In this document: positions 8,836 through 16,976 of the stretch, piece by piece
How positions within the stretch are numbered: the stretch's first letter is position 1
How the letters are laid out: each line of letters begins with the position of its first letter
Sequence record: DRR723986_793
Strand: one strand, 5' to 3'
Length of the DNA stretch: 42,457 bases
Program-made: the position numbers and the translations under genes
The notes under the pieces: generated by a model
What the model was told of the DNA's origin: nothing
The model's input: the letters and a program-made list of their open reading frames with translations, nothing else
The model's database searches: none

Positions 8836-9400
8836 AGCCGGACTGGCTTCGGCCATCCGGTGACGGAACATTGGTCGAGCATAAGCCCTCCGCTTACGCT
8901 TGGGCCTTCTCGGGGAAATTGATCCACTGGATCGATTTGTGACCCCTAGAAAAGGCCAGGGCGCAGCGGGCGCCGTGGCGCTCCGCCCGCCGCGCCGATC
9001 GGAGATTTCGGCATCCGCGGGCGCGACCGCTGGTTTATGACAGGATGCACCTGCCATGCCCGGCCGGCCCAGCAAGGGGGCAAGCCCCCGAACCGGATCG
9101 GCCATAGCGGGATTGGCCTTGGTAAGTGGTGTTTCCCGCACCCTCGCCCGACCGAACTCCCTAGACGCAAGGCAGGCCGTTACCCCTGCCATGCATCAAT
9201 CTCTCCAATCCTCCCCAAGGCAAACCGAACGGTACCGGCCCGGCCCCAGCCCCGAGGAGACGTGCAGGAAGGCCGGGAAGGGATGTGGGGTGGATTGAGA
9301 TTGGGGATCGCGCGTTGATCTCGAGTAACGGCGGAGGAGGGAGGTTGCCGCCAGTGGCGGACAGAGAATACCTAATCCCCACCCGAGATCCCGGCGCAAA
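8836..9400 (-). ncRNA. Unidentified large structured non-coding RNA or non-autonomous element
   Basis: More than 10 nested helices, including the long-range pair 9146-9153 with 8873-8880. Most plus-strand A-C mismatches become G-U pairs on the minus strand. No credible ORF. Family not recognised. Confidence 0.55.
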
Positions 9401-9401
9401 C

Positions 9402-9434
9402 AAAAAACCGGCACTCATTGAGTGCCGGCTTTCT
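9402..9434 (-). terminator. Intrinsic terminator of the DUF1013 gene (possibly bidirectional)
   Basis: CCGGCACTCA-T-TGAGTGCCGG inverted repeat with A6 on the left (U-tract on the minus strand) and CTTTCT on the right. Confidence 0.85.
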
Positions 9435-9454
9435 ATTGAACGGTTGCGTCAGGA

Positions 9455-10126
9455 TCAGCTGAAGTCGCGGAACACGTCGTCTGCGGAGACGTCTTTTTTC
9501 GCGGCGTCTTCATCCGACGTGTCGTAGGCATCCGGATCGTCCTGGGCCGGGGCGAGGCCCGGGCCTTCGCTGCGCAGGGCTTTCTCGGCTTCCATCTTGC
9601 GGCGCTTTTCGGCCGATTTCGCGATCACTTCGTCGAGCTCGATCTGGGTGCAGAGGCCGAGCGTCACCGGGTCGACCGGGCGGATGTTCGGCGAGTTCCA
9701 GTGGCTCTTGTCGCGCACATTGTTGATCGTCGACTTGGTGGTGCCGATCAGCTTGGAGATCTGCGCGTCGGAGACTTCCGGGTGGTTGCGGATGAACCAT
9801 GCCACGGCGTCCGGCTTGTCCTGGCGGCGGATGACCGGGGTGTAGCGGCTGCCCTTGCGCTTCGGCTGCGGGATGTGGGCGATTTTCGACTCGGCGACCT
9901 TCAGGCGGTAGCTCTCGTCATTCTCTCCGCGCTGGATTTCCTCGCGCGAGAGGATGCCGCCGGCGATCGGGTCGACGCCGCGCATATTCTCGGCCACGTC
10001 GCCATCGGCGATGCCTTTGACTTCAAGGTGATGCAGGCCGCAGAAATCTGCGATCTGGGCAAAGGTGAGGCTGGTATTGTCGAGCAGCCAGACGGCGGTG
10101 GCCTTCGGCATGAGGACTTCGGACAT
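9455..10126 (-). CDS. trcR: DUF1013 family protein (TrcR-like cell-cycle transcriptional regulator)
   Basis: LMPKATAVWLLDNTSLTFAQIADFCGLH.LEV.GIADG, RYTP..RRQDKPDA and PVDPVTLGLCTQ are DUF1013 signatures. Start at ATG 10126. Confidence 0.85.
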   Translation of the reverse strand: MSEVLMPKATAVWLLDNTSLTFAQIADFCGLHHLEVKGIADGDVAENMRGVDPIAGGILSREEIQRGENDESYRLKVAESKIAHIPQPKRKGSRYTPVIRRQDKPDAVAWFIRNHPEVSDAQISKLIGTTKSTINNVRDKSHWNSPNIRPVDPVTLGLCTQIELDEVIAKSAEKRRKMEAEKALRSEGPGLAPAQDDPDAYDTSDEDAAKKDVSADDVFRDFS

Positions 10127-10288
10127 GAGGCTCTCCCTGTTGTTTTTACGCCGCCTGAAATGCAGCCGCCCGGCACGTCGTGCCGGGCGGTTGGGGTCAG
10201 GCGCGTGCTGAACCTTGCCCGTTTCTATAGTACAGCTGCCTTGTATTGGAAAGGCATCAGCCACAGGGGCCTGTAAAATGGGCCTTTT

Positions 10289-11263
10289 TTACCAGGACAG
10301 CAGGATTTTCCCGGAATGTGTCCCGGACGCCATCAGCTGGTGGGCCTGTTCGGCGTCGGCGGCGGGGAAGACTTTCTGCAGCACCGGAATGATCGCGCCC
10401 GAGGCAATGTGCGGCCAGAAATCGGCTTCGACCGCGTCGCGGATACGCCTTTTTTCCGGCAGCGGCCGGGCGCGCAGCGTGGTGGCGGCGAGGGTCAGGC
10501 GCTTCATCAGGACGGGCGCGAAATTGACGTTCGCCTGGAAGCCGTTCTGGTAGGCGATGTTGATGATCCGCCCGTCGGGATTGGCCGCCGAGATGTTCTT
10601 CTGGATGTAGTCGCCGCCGACCATGTCCAGCGTGACGTCGGATCCGCCTTCCGCTTTGACGATTTCGGCGAAATCCTCGGTCTTGTAGTTGATCGCGCGG
10701 GTCGCGCCGAGGCTGGTCGCCAGCTGGCATTTCTGGTCCGTCCCGGCCGTGGCGAAGATCTTCGCCGCGCCTGCCGCATTTGCCATCTGGATGGCCATCA
10801 CGCCGATGCCGGATGTGCCGCCATGGCAGAGGAAGTTCTCCCCGGCCTTCAGGCCGACACGGTCGAACACGTTCGCCCAGACCGTCATCATCGCTTCCGG
10901 CAGGCACGCGGCCTGATCGAGGCTCATGCCGTCGGGCACCGGGAACAGGGAGCCTTCATCGACGGTGACATATTCGGCATAGCCGCCACCTGCGAGGAGA
11001 CCGCAAACCTTGTCGCCCGCTTTCCAACGCGTGACGCCGCTGCCGACAGCTTCGACCGTGCCGGAGATTTCGAGGCCGAGGATGGTCGAGGCACCAGGCG
11101 GCGGGGGATAGGCGCCGGCGCGCTGGACGAGATCCGCCCGGTTCAGGCCGGAAAAGGCCGTCCTGACCAGAACCTCGTTTTCGCCCGGGTCCGGCTTTGG
11201 CAGGTCCGCCAGGTAAAGTGGCCCGTCCTTTTCGATTTCGACGGCTTTCATCGTCTCGCCCAT
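10289..11263 (-). CDS. NAD(P)H-quinone oxidoreductase, PIG3/zeta-crystallin family
   Basis: NRADLVQRAGAYPPPPGAS.ILGLEISG, HGGTSGIG and H.GKILL motifs. Start uncertain (11251-11269). Confidence 0.9.
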   Translation of the reverse strand: MGETMKAVEIEKDGPLYLADLPKPDPGENEVLVRTAFSGLNRADLVQRAGAYPPPPGASTILGLEISGTVEAVGSGVTRWKAGDKVCGLLAGGGYAEYVTVDEGSLFPVPDGMSLDQAACLPEAMMTVWANVFDRVGLKAGENFLCHGGTSGIGVMAIQMANAAGAAKIFATAGTDQKCQLATSLGATRAINYKTEDFAEIVKAEGGSDVTLDMVGGDYIQKNISAANPDGRIINIAYQNGFQANVNFAPVLMKRLTLAATTLRARPLPEKRRIRDAVEADFWPHIASGAIIPVLQKVFPAADAEQAHQLMASGTHSGKILLSW

Positions 11264-11346
11264 GTGCATGACTCCCGTGTTGAGGAGTCGCATGTAAGGC
11301 CTGTTTCTGCTTTGATGAACCCCAAGAGACCGATCGGGAGGCGAAG

Positions 11347-11535
11347 ATGGCAATTTCGGATGAAGAGCCAATCCTCGTGAACACACCGCAGACGCTGGAG
11401 CAGATGTCAGTGGACGAGCTGGAAGCGCGCATTGTGCAGCTGAAAGACGGCATTGCCGCCTGCGAACGGGAAATCGAGAAGAAACGCGCCCAGAAATCAG
11501 CAGCCGATGCGTTGTTTGGTGGCGGCGGGGATTAA
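11347..11535 (+). CDS. DUF1192 family small coiled-coil protein
   Basis: LEQMSVDELEARIVQLK..I...E.EI.KK.AQKSAADALF. Usual position between the quinone oxidoreductase and DUF1465. Confidence 0.85.
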   Translation: MAISDEEPILVNTPQTLEQMSVDELEARIVQLKDGIAACEREIEKKRAQKSAADALFGGGGD

Positions 11536-11546
11536 GCGGACATAAA
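11532..11546. promoter_or_regulatory. Putative CtrA box upstream of rcdA
   Basis: TTAA-GCGGACA-TAAA(C), about 50 nt upstream of the rcdA start and overlapping the DUF1192 stop codon. Confidence 0.5.
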
Positions 11547-11597
11547 CATCGCCATGGTAAAGCATGTGTTGGTGTCCAGAACGTCAGGGACAGATTT

Positions 11598-12146
11598 ATG
11601 GCAGCGGAACAGTCGCAGGATGAAGGCATGAGCATGTCGGACGGGTTCACCGGCGGCAAGCTGTTCGATACCGTCTTCACACGCGGCATGGCGCTGGTCG
11701 AGGAAACCGCCACCTATCTGGACGGGCCGGGCCGCGAACACGCCAAGACGCTGGATCGTGAACCGGGGCTGACCTATGCCGCCTGGAGCATGGAGCTGAC
11801 GACGCGCCTGATGCAGGCGGCGAGCTGGCTGGTCATGCAGAAGGCCGTGCGCGACGGCGAGATGAAGCGCGACGACGCTGCTGCCAAGAAATACCGCATA
11901 CGGAGAGAGGATCCTCCGCTCGACGTGAAGGCGCAGGAAGGCAGGGGCCTGCCGGCGCGTTTCTTGGAACTGGTGGATCGGTCAGAGGCCCTGTTCGAAC
12001 AGATCTGCCGCCTGGATGAAGCACTTTACGGTGCGCAGGCCAAGGCGAACGGGGCAAACCCGGTGTCGGAGCAGATCGCGCAGCTTCAGAAAGCAGCCGA
12101 AACGGGCGCTTTCGACCCGCTCATGGTGTGGAACCGCGGGCGCTAG
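11598..12146 (+). CDS. rcdA: Regulator of CtrA degradation RcdA (DUF1465)
   Basis: F..GMALVEETATYLDGPGR and SMELTTRLMQAASWL..QKAV.DGEM, which are DUF1465/RcdA signatures. Confidence 0.88.
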   Translation: MAAEQSQDEGMSMSDGFTGGKLFDTVFTRGMALVEETATYLDGPGREHAKTLDREPGLTYAAWSMELTTRLMQAASWLVMQKAVRDGEMKRDDAAAKKYRIRREDPPLDVKAQEGRGLPARFLELVDRSEALFEQICRLDEALYGAQAKANGANPVSEQIAQLQKAAETGAFDPLMVWNRGR

Positions 12147-12156
12147 GCGCCAATTA

Positions 12157-13209
12157 TCAAGCGTCTGGCTGCGTCGGGGACACCAGCAAGGTGCCGCGCT
12201 GCGAGGTCTGAGACCGTTTCAGCCTGAAAATCCGGGGGCGAACATACAGCATCCGCAGTGGTGTCTCCATCGCCAGACGATGCATGCCGAGCGCGATCAT
12301 CAGCGCGGCGGCGGCAACCGCAAGGCTGGCGGCCCCGGCATCCGCGAAGATGCCGCTTGCCTGCACGAGGGTCACCAGAACCTGGAGCGGAATGAAGAAG
12401 CCGAGATAGATGGCCATCGACTGGCGGCCCGCATCGCCGATGAAGTGCGCGGCGGGCAGCGTTGAAAGAAGAACTCCCATGCCGATCAGGGTGAAGCTGC
12501 CGGCAAAGCCGAGGATCAGCGAAACAATCGGCAGGCCGGCAATCCCCATGGCGACAAAGGCAGTGTGTACGCCGGCCCAGATGCCGAGCGCCCAGCCTAT
12601 GTCCCGCCAGCGTGTGGTCGCGCTTTGCGCGAAGGAAAAAACCAGCGATGCCCCGGCATAGCCGGCGTAGAAGAAGATGTAATTACTGGCAAAATGATCG
12701 GCCACGGACCAGCCGGTCTGGAACAGGCCCGCTGCGGCCAGCATCTGCAACAAGGCTCCCGCGGCGAGTACGCGCGAGGCTTTCAGCCGCCGGATGGCGC
12801 GCGTGACGAGATAGAAGAGGGCAAGCTGCTGCAGGAACCAGAGCGGGCTTTGCGGCGCGATCCAGCCGGAAATATAGATGCGCGCGAGTTCCGCCGGGCC
12901 GCGGGTGAAGGCGCCTGCATTCAGGATCACCGTCTCAATGGCCAGCCAAAGAGCGAAGAAATAGACGAGGCGCAGCAGCTTGCGGTCAAAATAGGCCGGG
13001 GCGGATCCGAAAAGGGAGCGGTGCAGGAACAGGCCCGCAATCAGGAAAAAAGCCGGAACGACAAATGGCTGTGCCCATGCCGCAACCCCCAGCATCCAGT
13101 TGGATCCCCCGTCGGGCGCGTCGAAACTTAGCGCGGCGACCGACATCACCACGAGGATGATACCAAGGCCTTTTGCGTGATCGATCCAACCCATTCGTCC
13201 GGCGTGCAT
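12157..13209 (-). CDS. Acyltransferase family 3 integral membrane protein
   Basis: R.GWID.AKGLGIILVV, P.FFLIAGLF, LWFL and G.QSMAIYL motifs; many TM helices. Confidence 0.85.
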   Translation of the reverse strand: MHAGRMGWIDHAKGLGIILVVMSVAALSFDAPDGGSNWMLGVAAWAQPFVVPAFFLIAGLFLHRSLFGSAPAYFDRKLLRLVYFFALWLAIETVILNAGAFTRGPAELARIYISGWIAPQSPLWFLQQLALFYLVTRAIRRLKASRVLAAGALLQMLAAAGLFQTGWSVADHFASNYIFFYAGYAGASLVFSFAQSATTRWRDIGWALGIWAGVHTAFVAMGIAGLPIVSLILGFAGSFTLIGMGVLLSTLPAAHFIGDAGRQSMAIYLGFFIPLQVLVTLVQASGIFADAGAASLAVAAAALMIALGMHRLAMETPLRMLYVRPRIFRLKRSQTSQRGTLLVSPTQPDA

Positions 13210-13307
13210 AGGGGGATCCTCCCTGTTTGGGGAAACCCGCTGCAAGATTCGTGCAGGAAGAGATCAAGCCTGTCCGGAAGGGCGGCGATTTCGCCGATAT
13301 TGGCGTG

Positions 13308-13907
13308 TCAGATCGTCGAATAGACGCGCAGGGCGTAGCGGGCCTGCTGTACGCTGTAGCCCTCTTTCACCGGGGCACGGAGCACACAGATCCGGTGCCA
13401 GAGCGGTCCGAGCAGCTGTTCGATCACTTCATCCAAGTCGAAATCGCGCCGGATCACGCGTTTTGCGGCCAGTTCGGCAAGGACCATGCGCATCGGCTGG
13501 CGGATGTCGCGGCCCATCCAGGCACGCCAGGCCTCGCCGGCATGCTGGTCGTCGGCCGCCGCCATCAAGGCGCCGCGCAGTACGGCATGTCCGTTTCCGG
13601 TGCGGGCGGCCGCTTCCAGCGGGACAATCAGCGTGGCGATGCGTTCCTGCGGATCGCGTCCGCCATCCGGGCTGTCCGGAACCAGTGCCAGCGCCGCATC
13701 CACGCACATGGCGCCAATGGACGGCCACCAGCGATAAATCGTCTGCTTCGAGGCACTTGCCCGCTTGGCCACGGCATCCACGCTGAAGGTCCGCCAGCCG
13801 CTTTCGGCCAGTTCGGCGCGGGTGGCTTCTAGGATGGCGGCGCGGGACTCCTCGCTGCGCGAAGGGCCTTTGCGGGAAGTCTTCTTCACGCTGGCGTCTG
13901 TCGACAT
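13308..13907 (-). CDS. TetR/AcrR family transcriptional regulator
   Basis: N-terminal HTH: AILEAT...LAESGW..FSVDAVAKRASASKQTIYRWWPS. Confidence 0.9.
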   Translation of the reverse strand: MSTDASVKKTSRKGPSRSEESRAAILEATRAELAESGWRTFSVDAVAKRASASKQTIYRWWPSIGAMCVDAALALVPDSPDGGRDPQERIATLIVPLEAAARTGNGHAVLRGALMAAADDQHAGEAWRAWMGRDIRQPMRMVLAELAAKRVIRRDFDLDEVIEQLLGPLWHRICVLRAPVKEGYSVQQARYALRVYSTI

Positions 13908-14076
13908 TCGAATGGTCTCCCTTGCGGAACGAAGCGGCACTTGCGGTGTTATTGCGGAGGCCTCGTTCGTGAAACTAGGCCAAACACGTAAACAATGTCC
14001 GATTCACATTGGCGACTTCTGCAGTATGCAATAGAGAAGCGCCGGCAGGAACAGGCTTGGAAACTGGATTGAGATC

Positions 14077-14700
14077 ATGAAATCGATTGAAGAGCTGATT
14101 GAAGGCTACAGACGCTTCCGCGGCGGCGTCTATTCTGAACAAGCGGCCCTCTATCGCGAACTGGGCGAGGGCCAGAGTCCGGCCATCATGCTGATCGCCT
14201 GCGCTGACAGCCGTGCGGAGCCTTCCGACATCTTTTCAGCGGCGCCGGGCCAGCTGTTTGTTGTTCGAAACGTCGCCAACCTCGTGCCGCCCTACATGCC
14301 GGACGGAAAGCTGCACGGCGTCAGCTCGGCGCTCGAATATGCGGTGAATGTGTTGAAGGTACAGCACATCGTGGTGATGGGGCATGGCGGCTGCGGCGGT
14401 GTCCAGGCGTCACTTGCCGGCGGAGACAACCCGCTGATCGGCGAATTCGTGACCCCATGGGTCTCCCTGCTCGATGAAGCGCGCGACCGGGTGCTCGAAT
14501 CCGGCTCGATCAATCCGCAATTCTCGCTGGAACTGGAAGGGATCGAAACCTCCCTCAAGAATCTGATGAGCTTCCCCTTCGTGGAAAAAGCCGTCAGTGC
14601 GGGCGAGCTGGAGCTGCATGGCGCCTGGTTTGCGATCAAGCATGGCGAACTGCACTGGCGGAACGCGAAAACCGGCCGGTTCGAGGTGGTCGACCGCTAA
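14077..14700 (+). CDS. Beta-class carbonic anhydrase
   Basis: GQSP...IACADSR, LFVVRNVANLVP and GHGGCGG zinc ligands. Confidence 0.95.
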   Translation: MKSIEELIEGYRRFRGGVYSEQAALYRELGEGQSPAIMLIACADSRAEPSDIFSAAPGQLFVVRNVANLVPPYMPDGKLHGVSSALEYAVNVLKVQHIVVMGHGGCGGVQASLAGGDNPLIGEFVTPWVSLLDEARDRVLESGSINPQFSLELEGIETSLKNLMSFPFVEKAVSAGELELHGAWFAIKHGELHWRNAKTGRFEVVDR

Positions 14701-15326
14701 GTGTGCGGTGTAAACGTCGAAACTGAAGCAAAAATGGCTGACGCCAGCATGGCGAGCGCGGCCCCGCGATTGAACCAGCGGGTAAAGGCGGGCGACTCGA
14801 AATGGTGGTTCATGCCGTCCGCCAGCCAGGCGTAGAGCGTCAGGCCGGTCATTTCACACACGGTGATCGTGGCCATCATGATCAGGGTTTGCGGCACGAC
14901 CGGATGCGTCATGTCGAAATAGGACGGCAGAAGCAGGCCGAAAAAGACCAGCGCATTGGGGTTCAGCACCTGCAGGCCGACGCCGCGGGCGAACAGCTTG
15001 CCGCGCGGCGGGGCGTCCTTCGCGCTGGCATGAGGGCTCGATGGGTCTGCCATGGCCAGAGACCAGGCGAGCCAGGCGATAAAGCAGATCCCGGCGATCT
15101 TCAGCCCATTGAGCAAAACGGGAAATTGCGCGGCAAAGGCGGCAATGCCGCCCGCGGCCAGCGAAATCCAGACAAGGTTGGCGGCGGCGACGCCGAGCGC
15201 CGGGATGAGCGCCGTCGGCGCGCGATAGCGCAGCGAGGTGCTCATCACCAGCATGACGGCCGGGCCGGGGGTCAGGCCGCCTGCAATGAACAGGGCCACC
15301 AGGGCAATCCAGACCGAAAGGTCCAT
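14697..15326 (-). CDS. LysE/RhtB family translocator
   Basis: TPGPA motif, LNPNAL.FF and about six TM segments. Confidence 0.9.
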   Translation of the reverse strand: MDLSVWIALVALFIAGGLTPGPAVMLVMSTSLRYRAPTALIPALGVAAANLVWISLAAGGIAAFAAQFPVLLNGLKIAGICFIAWLAWSLAMADPSSPHASAKDAPPRGKLFARGVGLQVLNPNALVFFGLLLPSYFDMTHPVVPQTLIMMATITVCEMTGLTLYAWLADGMNHHFESPAFTRWFNRGAALAMLASAIFASVSTFTPHT

Positions 15327-15352
15327 TCAGGCCCCCGTCAGGTGTTGGAGGA

Positions 15353-15883
15353 TCAGCTCTCGACGCCGCGCTTGACGGCGGCGTCGATCAGCTCACGGGC
15401 TTTCTCGATGCCATACCAGCCCTCGATCCGGGTCCATTTGCCCTGTTCGAGGTCTTTGTAGTGCGTGAAGAAGTGAGCGATCTTGTCACAAAGTGTCTGC
15501 GGCAGATCGTGATAGGTCGCGATCTTGTCGTAGTAGGCCGTCAGCTTCGGGTGCGGCACGGCGAGGATCTTCTCATCCGGGCCCTTGTCGTCCGTCATCA
15601 TCAGGACGCCCACCGGGCGGGCGCGCACGACGGATCCCGGAACCAGCGGGCGGTTGCCAACGACCATGACATCGATCGGGTCGCCATCCAGGCTCATCGT
15701 GTGGGGCACGAAGCCGTAATTACAGGGATAGCGCATCTCGGTGTAGAGATAGCGGTCGACGAACATGGCGCCGGAATCCTTGTCGATCTCGTATTTGATC
15801 GGGTCGCCGCCGAGGGGTACTTCGATCAGAACGTTGAGGTCATCCGGCGGGTTCTGGCCCGCGCTGATCTTTGAAAGGTCCAT
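15353..15883 (-). CDS. ppa: Inorganic pyrophosphatase
   Basis: KYEIDK, YPCNYGFVP, DGDPID and FFTHYKDLE motifs. Confidence 0.97.
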   Translation of the reverse strand: MDLSKISAGQNPPDDLNVLIEVPLGGDPIKYEIDKDSGAMFVDRYLYTEMRYPCNYGFVPHTMSLDGDPIDVMVVGNRPLVPGSVVRARPVGVLMMTDDKGPDEKILAVPHPKLTAYYDKIATYHDLPQTLCDKIAHFFTHYKDLEQGKWTRIEGWYGIEKARELIDAAVKRGVES

Positions 15884-15980
15884 TATCTGCGCTCGCTTAG
15901 GGAGGAAGTGAGAGTTCGCGTGGCGATGGCCTTTTGAGGCCTCAACGTCAAGAGTGGCGTTGCCGCAGACGACTAATGTC

Positions 15981-16283
15981 TTAGGCCTCTGCCTCTACTT
16001 CTTCCGCTTCGAAGATCCGCATGGGCGTTCCGCCGGCAGAGAGGCGCCGGGCCGCTTTGACGAAATCGCGGCTCTCTTTCAGCGCGAAATGGGCCTTCAG
16101 CGCGGCCATGTCACGCCAGTATTCGACGAAGACCAGACGGGCAGGATCGTCGCAATCGGCGTGAACATTATGGGCGATACAGCCGTCTTCGGTGCTGGAG
16201 CGGGCGCAGTGTTCCCGACACAAGGCAAGGAGTTCTTCCGCTGTCCCGGGCTGGGTGCGGACGCTGCCGGTGACGATGATCAT
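15981..16283 (-). CDS. Putative quinol / antibiotic-biosynthesis monooxygenase (ABM)
   Basis: S..EDGCI...V, FVEYW.D.AAL.AHF pattern. GAGG SD upstream. Confidence 0.85.
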   Translation of the reverse strand: MIIVTGSVRTQPGTAEELLALCREHCARSSTEDGCIAHNVHADCDDPARLVFVEYWRDMAALKAHFALKESRDFVKAARRLSAGGTPMRIFEAEEVEAEA

Positions 16284-16296
16284 GGCAGGAGCCTCC

Positions 16297-16911
16297 TCAG
16301 TCGCGGATCAGGGCGTAGTTGAAGCTGATCGACACGCGCGGCTCTTCGGCCCGGTTCGGCATCACTTCATGGCGCAACCAGGATTCCCAGAACAGGGCAT
16401 GGCCTTCCTTCGGCTCCAGATAGACGAAACGGCGGGCGCTTTCCGGCGCGTCGTCTGTGGGCTGTGGCGCGCCCATCATGAAGGTGAGGCGCGGGTCTTC
16501 CATCTTCAGCGTGCCGGCGCCGTCGGGCACGGCGACATAATAGGTGCCGGAGATGACGCTGCCTGGATGGATATGGCCGGAATGGCTGCCGCCTTCGCCA
16601 AGGATGTTCACCCAGAGCGCGTCCAGTTCCAGATGAAAGCCGTTCATGTCCCAGTGCAGCTCACGGGCAAATTCTTCAGCCTGCCGGTCGAGCAGGTCTT
16701 TCAGCGCCGCGAATTCCGGGAAGCGTTCCGGCAGGTCATCCAGCGAGGCGTAGGACGTGTAGCCGTCATACCCCTGTTCGTCGCACCAGTCGTTTCCGGC
16801 GGTGTCTTCGTCTTCCAGCAGCCAGCAGACGGCTTCGAGTTCGGAGCGCAGCGCATCGGTGCCGAGGGCCGCTTCTTTTACAAGGGTGGGGAACAGGGAT
16901 TTGAGTGACAT
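16297..16911 (-). CDS. TIGR02466 family 2OG-Fe(II) oxygenase-like protein
   Basis: WVNIL..GG.HSGHIHP.SVISGTYYV, FWESWLRHEV and RVSISFN motifs. Confidence 0.88.
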   Translation of the reverse strand: MSLKSLFPTLVKEAALGTDALRSELEAVCWLLEDEDTAGNDWCDEQGYDGYTSYASLDDLPERFPEFAALKDLLDRQAEEFARELHWDMNGFHLELDALWVNILGEGGSHSGHIHPGSVISGTYYVAVPDGAGTLKMEDPRLTFMMGAPQPTDDAPESARRFVYLEPKEGHALFWESWLRHEVMPNRAEEPRVSISFNYALIRD

Positions 16912-16920
16912 GGCAGACCC

Positions 16921-16954
16921 AAAAAGAAAGACCCCGCCGGACTGGCCGGCGGGG
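16921..16954 (-). terminator. Intrinsic terminator after the methyltransferase gene
   Basis: CCCCGCCGG-actgg-CCGGCGGGG stem followed on the minus strand by TCTTTCTTTTT. Confidence 0.75.
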
Positions 16955-16976
16955 CAGGCGTAATTCTTGAGACGGA

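Noticed and set aside
8867-8968. AACATTGGTCGAG resembling the HEARO/omega-RNA 3' part, and AGGGCGCA resembling a MOBQ oriT
   Set aside because: Short partial matches only, with no IscB/TnpB or relaxase gene in the window. The first segment is explained by the minus-strand closing helix.
8125-9192. 355-aa minus-strand ORF and several short ORFs crossing the structured intergenic element
   Set aside because: It runs antisense to smr and mltA, has Arg/Pro/Ala-rich shadow composition and no domain motif. The helical symmetry is better explained as non-coding structure.
9200-9280. HDV-like ribozyme: minus-strand GUC-UCCUCGG-GGC resembles P3/L3
   Set aside because: P1 needs two G-U pairs plus a mismatch, and no convincing P2 or catalytic C-R-A junction was found.
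8836-9400. RNase P, tmRNA, SRP RNA or group II intron identity for the element
   Set aside because: No GAGGAAAGUCC or ACAGAA..CGGCUUA, no tRNA-like ends or tag ORF, no SRP domain IV helix around the CAGGAAG at 9265, and no domain V AGC/CGC triad hairpin recognised.
13960-13990. GTTCGTGAAAC as a parS site near the origin
   Set aside because: Only a half-site; the palindromic GTTTCACGTGAAAC is not present.
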